A stretch of DNA of 34,106 bases from an uncultured Burkholderiaceae bacterium. Its GTDB lineage: Bacteria > Pseudomonadota > Gammaproteobacteria > Burkholderiales > Burkholderiaceae_C. A model generated the notes under the pieces. It made no database searches. It was not told the DNA's origin and worked only from the letters and a program-made list of their open reading frames with translations. Positions 33,300 through 34,106 of the stretch are shown here, piece after piece. Position 1 is the stretch's first letter; each line of letters starts with the position of its first letter. The DNA is taken from assembly GCA_964400915.1 (NCBI GenBank), contig CAYNWR010000001.1, forward strand, positions 12,917-47,022, written 5' to 3'. A program made the position numbers and the translations under genes.

Positions 33300-34106
33300 T
33301 CACTGTGTGGCGCTGGGCAGTACAGAGGTCTCATCACCGACGGGTACAAATTTCCCGAGTTGTCTGGCCTCAGCCTCGCGCGTCATCACGGTAATCGAGA
33401 TTCGCCGGTTCACAGGCGCTGTCGGCACGTCCTTTTCCAGCAGGTCGCTGGCGGCCAGGCCGACAACGCGCGACAGGCGGTCGTCTTTAAGGCCACCCGA
33501 TGCCAGTTCGCGACGCGAGGCATTGGCCCGATCAGCCGAAAGTTCCCAGTTGCTGTAGCCGCGCTCACCGTTTCCATAGGGCGTGGCGTCGGTGTGCCCG
33601 GCCAGACTGATCTTGTTCTCGACCCCCGACAGGACCGAGCCGATTTCCCGAAGAATGTCGCGCATGTAAGGTTTTACCAATGCGCTTCCTGAGTCAAACA
33701 TGGGACGGTTTTGGTCGTCGACGATCTGGATCAGGAGTCCATCCGGTGTCAGGTCCAGCCGAATCTGCGACTTGAACTCAGCCAGGCGCGGCAAGTCCGT
33801 GATCAAGGCCTCGATTCGCTCCTTGACGGATGCAATCTTTCTTGCTTCCTGCCGGGCGGCTTCCGCACGTGCGGCTTCGGCCAAAGCCTTTGCCGACGCA
33901 GCTGTTGCGTCGGCACGGCGAACCTGGCCCGATACCTTGGTCAAGTCGGTTCCGCCACCAGTCACGATGCTCGAACTGTTTCCGGCACCCGAGCCACCCT
34001 GCATGGCCACCTTTAGAGGAGACTGAAAGTAGGATGCGATGCCCTGTAGGTCGCCTTTTGCGGTCGACCCCAACAGCCACATCAGCAGGAAGAAGGCCAT
34101 CATGGC
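33300..34106 (-). CDS. motB: Flagellar stator protein MotB (N-terminus outside window)
   Basis: Reading frame open to the window edge. (A)MMAFFLLMWLLGS is the MotB TM/plug-proximal motif. OmpA-like C-terminal domain: ISLAGHTDATPYGNGERGYSNWELSADRANASRREL. Confidence 0.93.
   Translation of the reverse strand, partial: AMMAFFLLMWLLGSTAKGDLQGIASYFQSPLKVAMQGGSGAGNSSSIVTGGGTDLTKVSGQVRRADATAASAKALAEAARAEAARQEARKIASVKERIEALITDLPRLAEFKSQIRLDLTPDGLLIQIVDDQNRPMFDSGSALVKPYMRDILREIGSVLSGVENKISLAGHTDATPYGNGERGYSNWELSADRANASRRELASGGLKDDRLSRVVGLAASDLLEKDVPTAPVNRRISITVMTREAEARQLGKFVPVGDETSVLPSATQ

Noticed and set aside
1-34106. Scan for CRISPR arrays, tRNA/rRNA genes, IS elements, integrases, toxin-antitoxin pairs and known defence-system genes
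   Set aside because: No spaced direct repeats, no transposase, integrase or recombinase-like ORFs, no terminal inverted repeats and no marked low-GC island were seen. All long ORFs are accounted for by metabolic, transport, signalling or flagellar genes, apart from the two unknowns at 1.4-5.1 kb.

Overview
GC-rich chromosomal window with strong GC3 bias. It looks betaproteobacterial (Burkholderiales/Comamonadaceae-like), but that is inferred from protein similarity and gene order only. From 12.9 to 34.1 kb it is a flagellar/chemotaxis block. flgBCDEFGHIJKL lies on the minus strand and is followed, with an ATGA overlap, by an HDOD signalling gene. flgA-flgM-flgN is divergent on the plus strand. 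motB(partial)-cheY-cheZ-flhB-flhA-flhF-fliA is convergent on the minus strand. From 0 to 12.9 kb there is a divergently encoded MocR-type regulator and a tightly packed minus-strand chain: LysE exporter, DMT/EamA transporter, ABM monooxygenase, aminotransferase, GST, PhzF isomerase and VOC/glyoxalase-like protein. After that chain come a histidine phosphatase, an orphan ~390-aa protein and a secreted ~810-aa protein built from three copies of a module I cannot assign. The left edge holds a TauE/SafE exporter and the 3' end of a GNAT acetyltransferase gene. I saw no rRNA, tRNA, CRISPR array, transposase or integrase. Best second-look candidates: (1) the phosphatase / orphan / secreted triple-repeat protein unit (1.4-5.8 kb); (2) the degenerate-EAL/HDOD gene translationally coupled to flgL; (3) a near-consensus sigma-54 promoter in front of cheY; (4) flhF abutting fliA with no flhG/fleN; (5) a perfect 9-bp inverted repeat in the MocR divergent region and a perfect TGTGA-N6-TCACA site at 1.07 kb. 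Nothing here can be called a defence or otherwise novel system from sequence reading alone. All family calls are from memory of motifs, not from searches.
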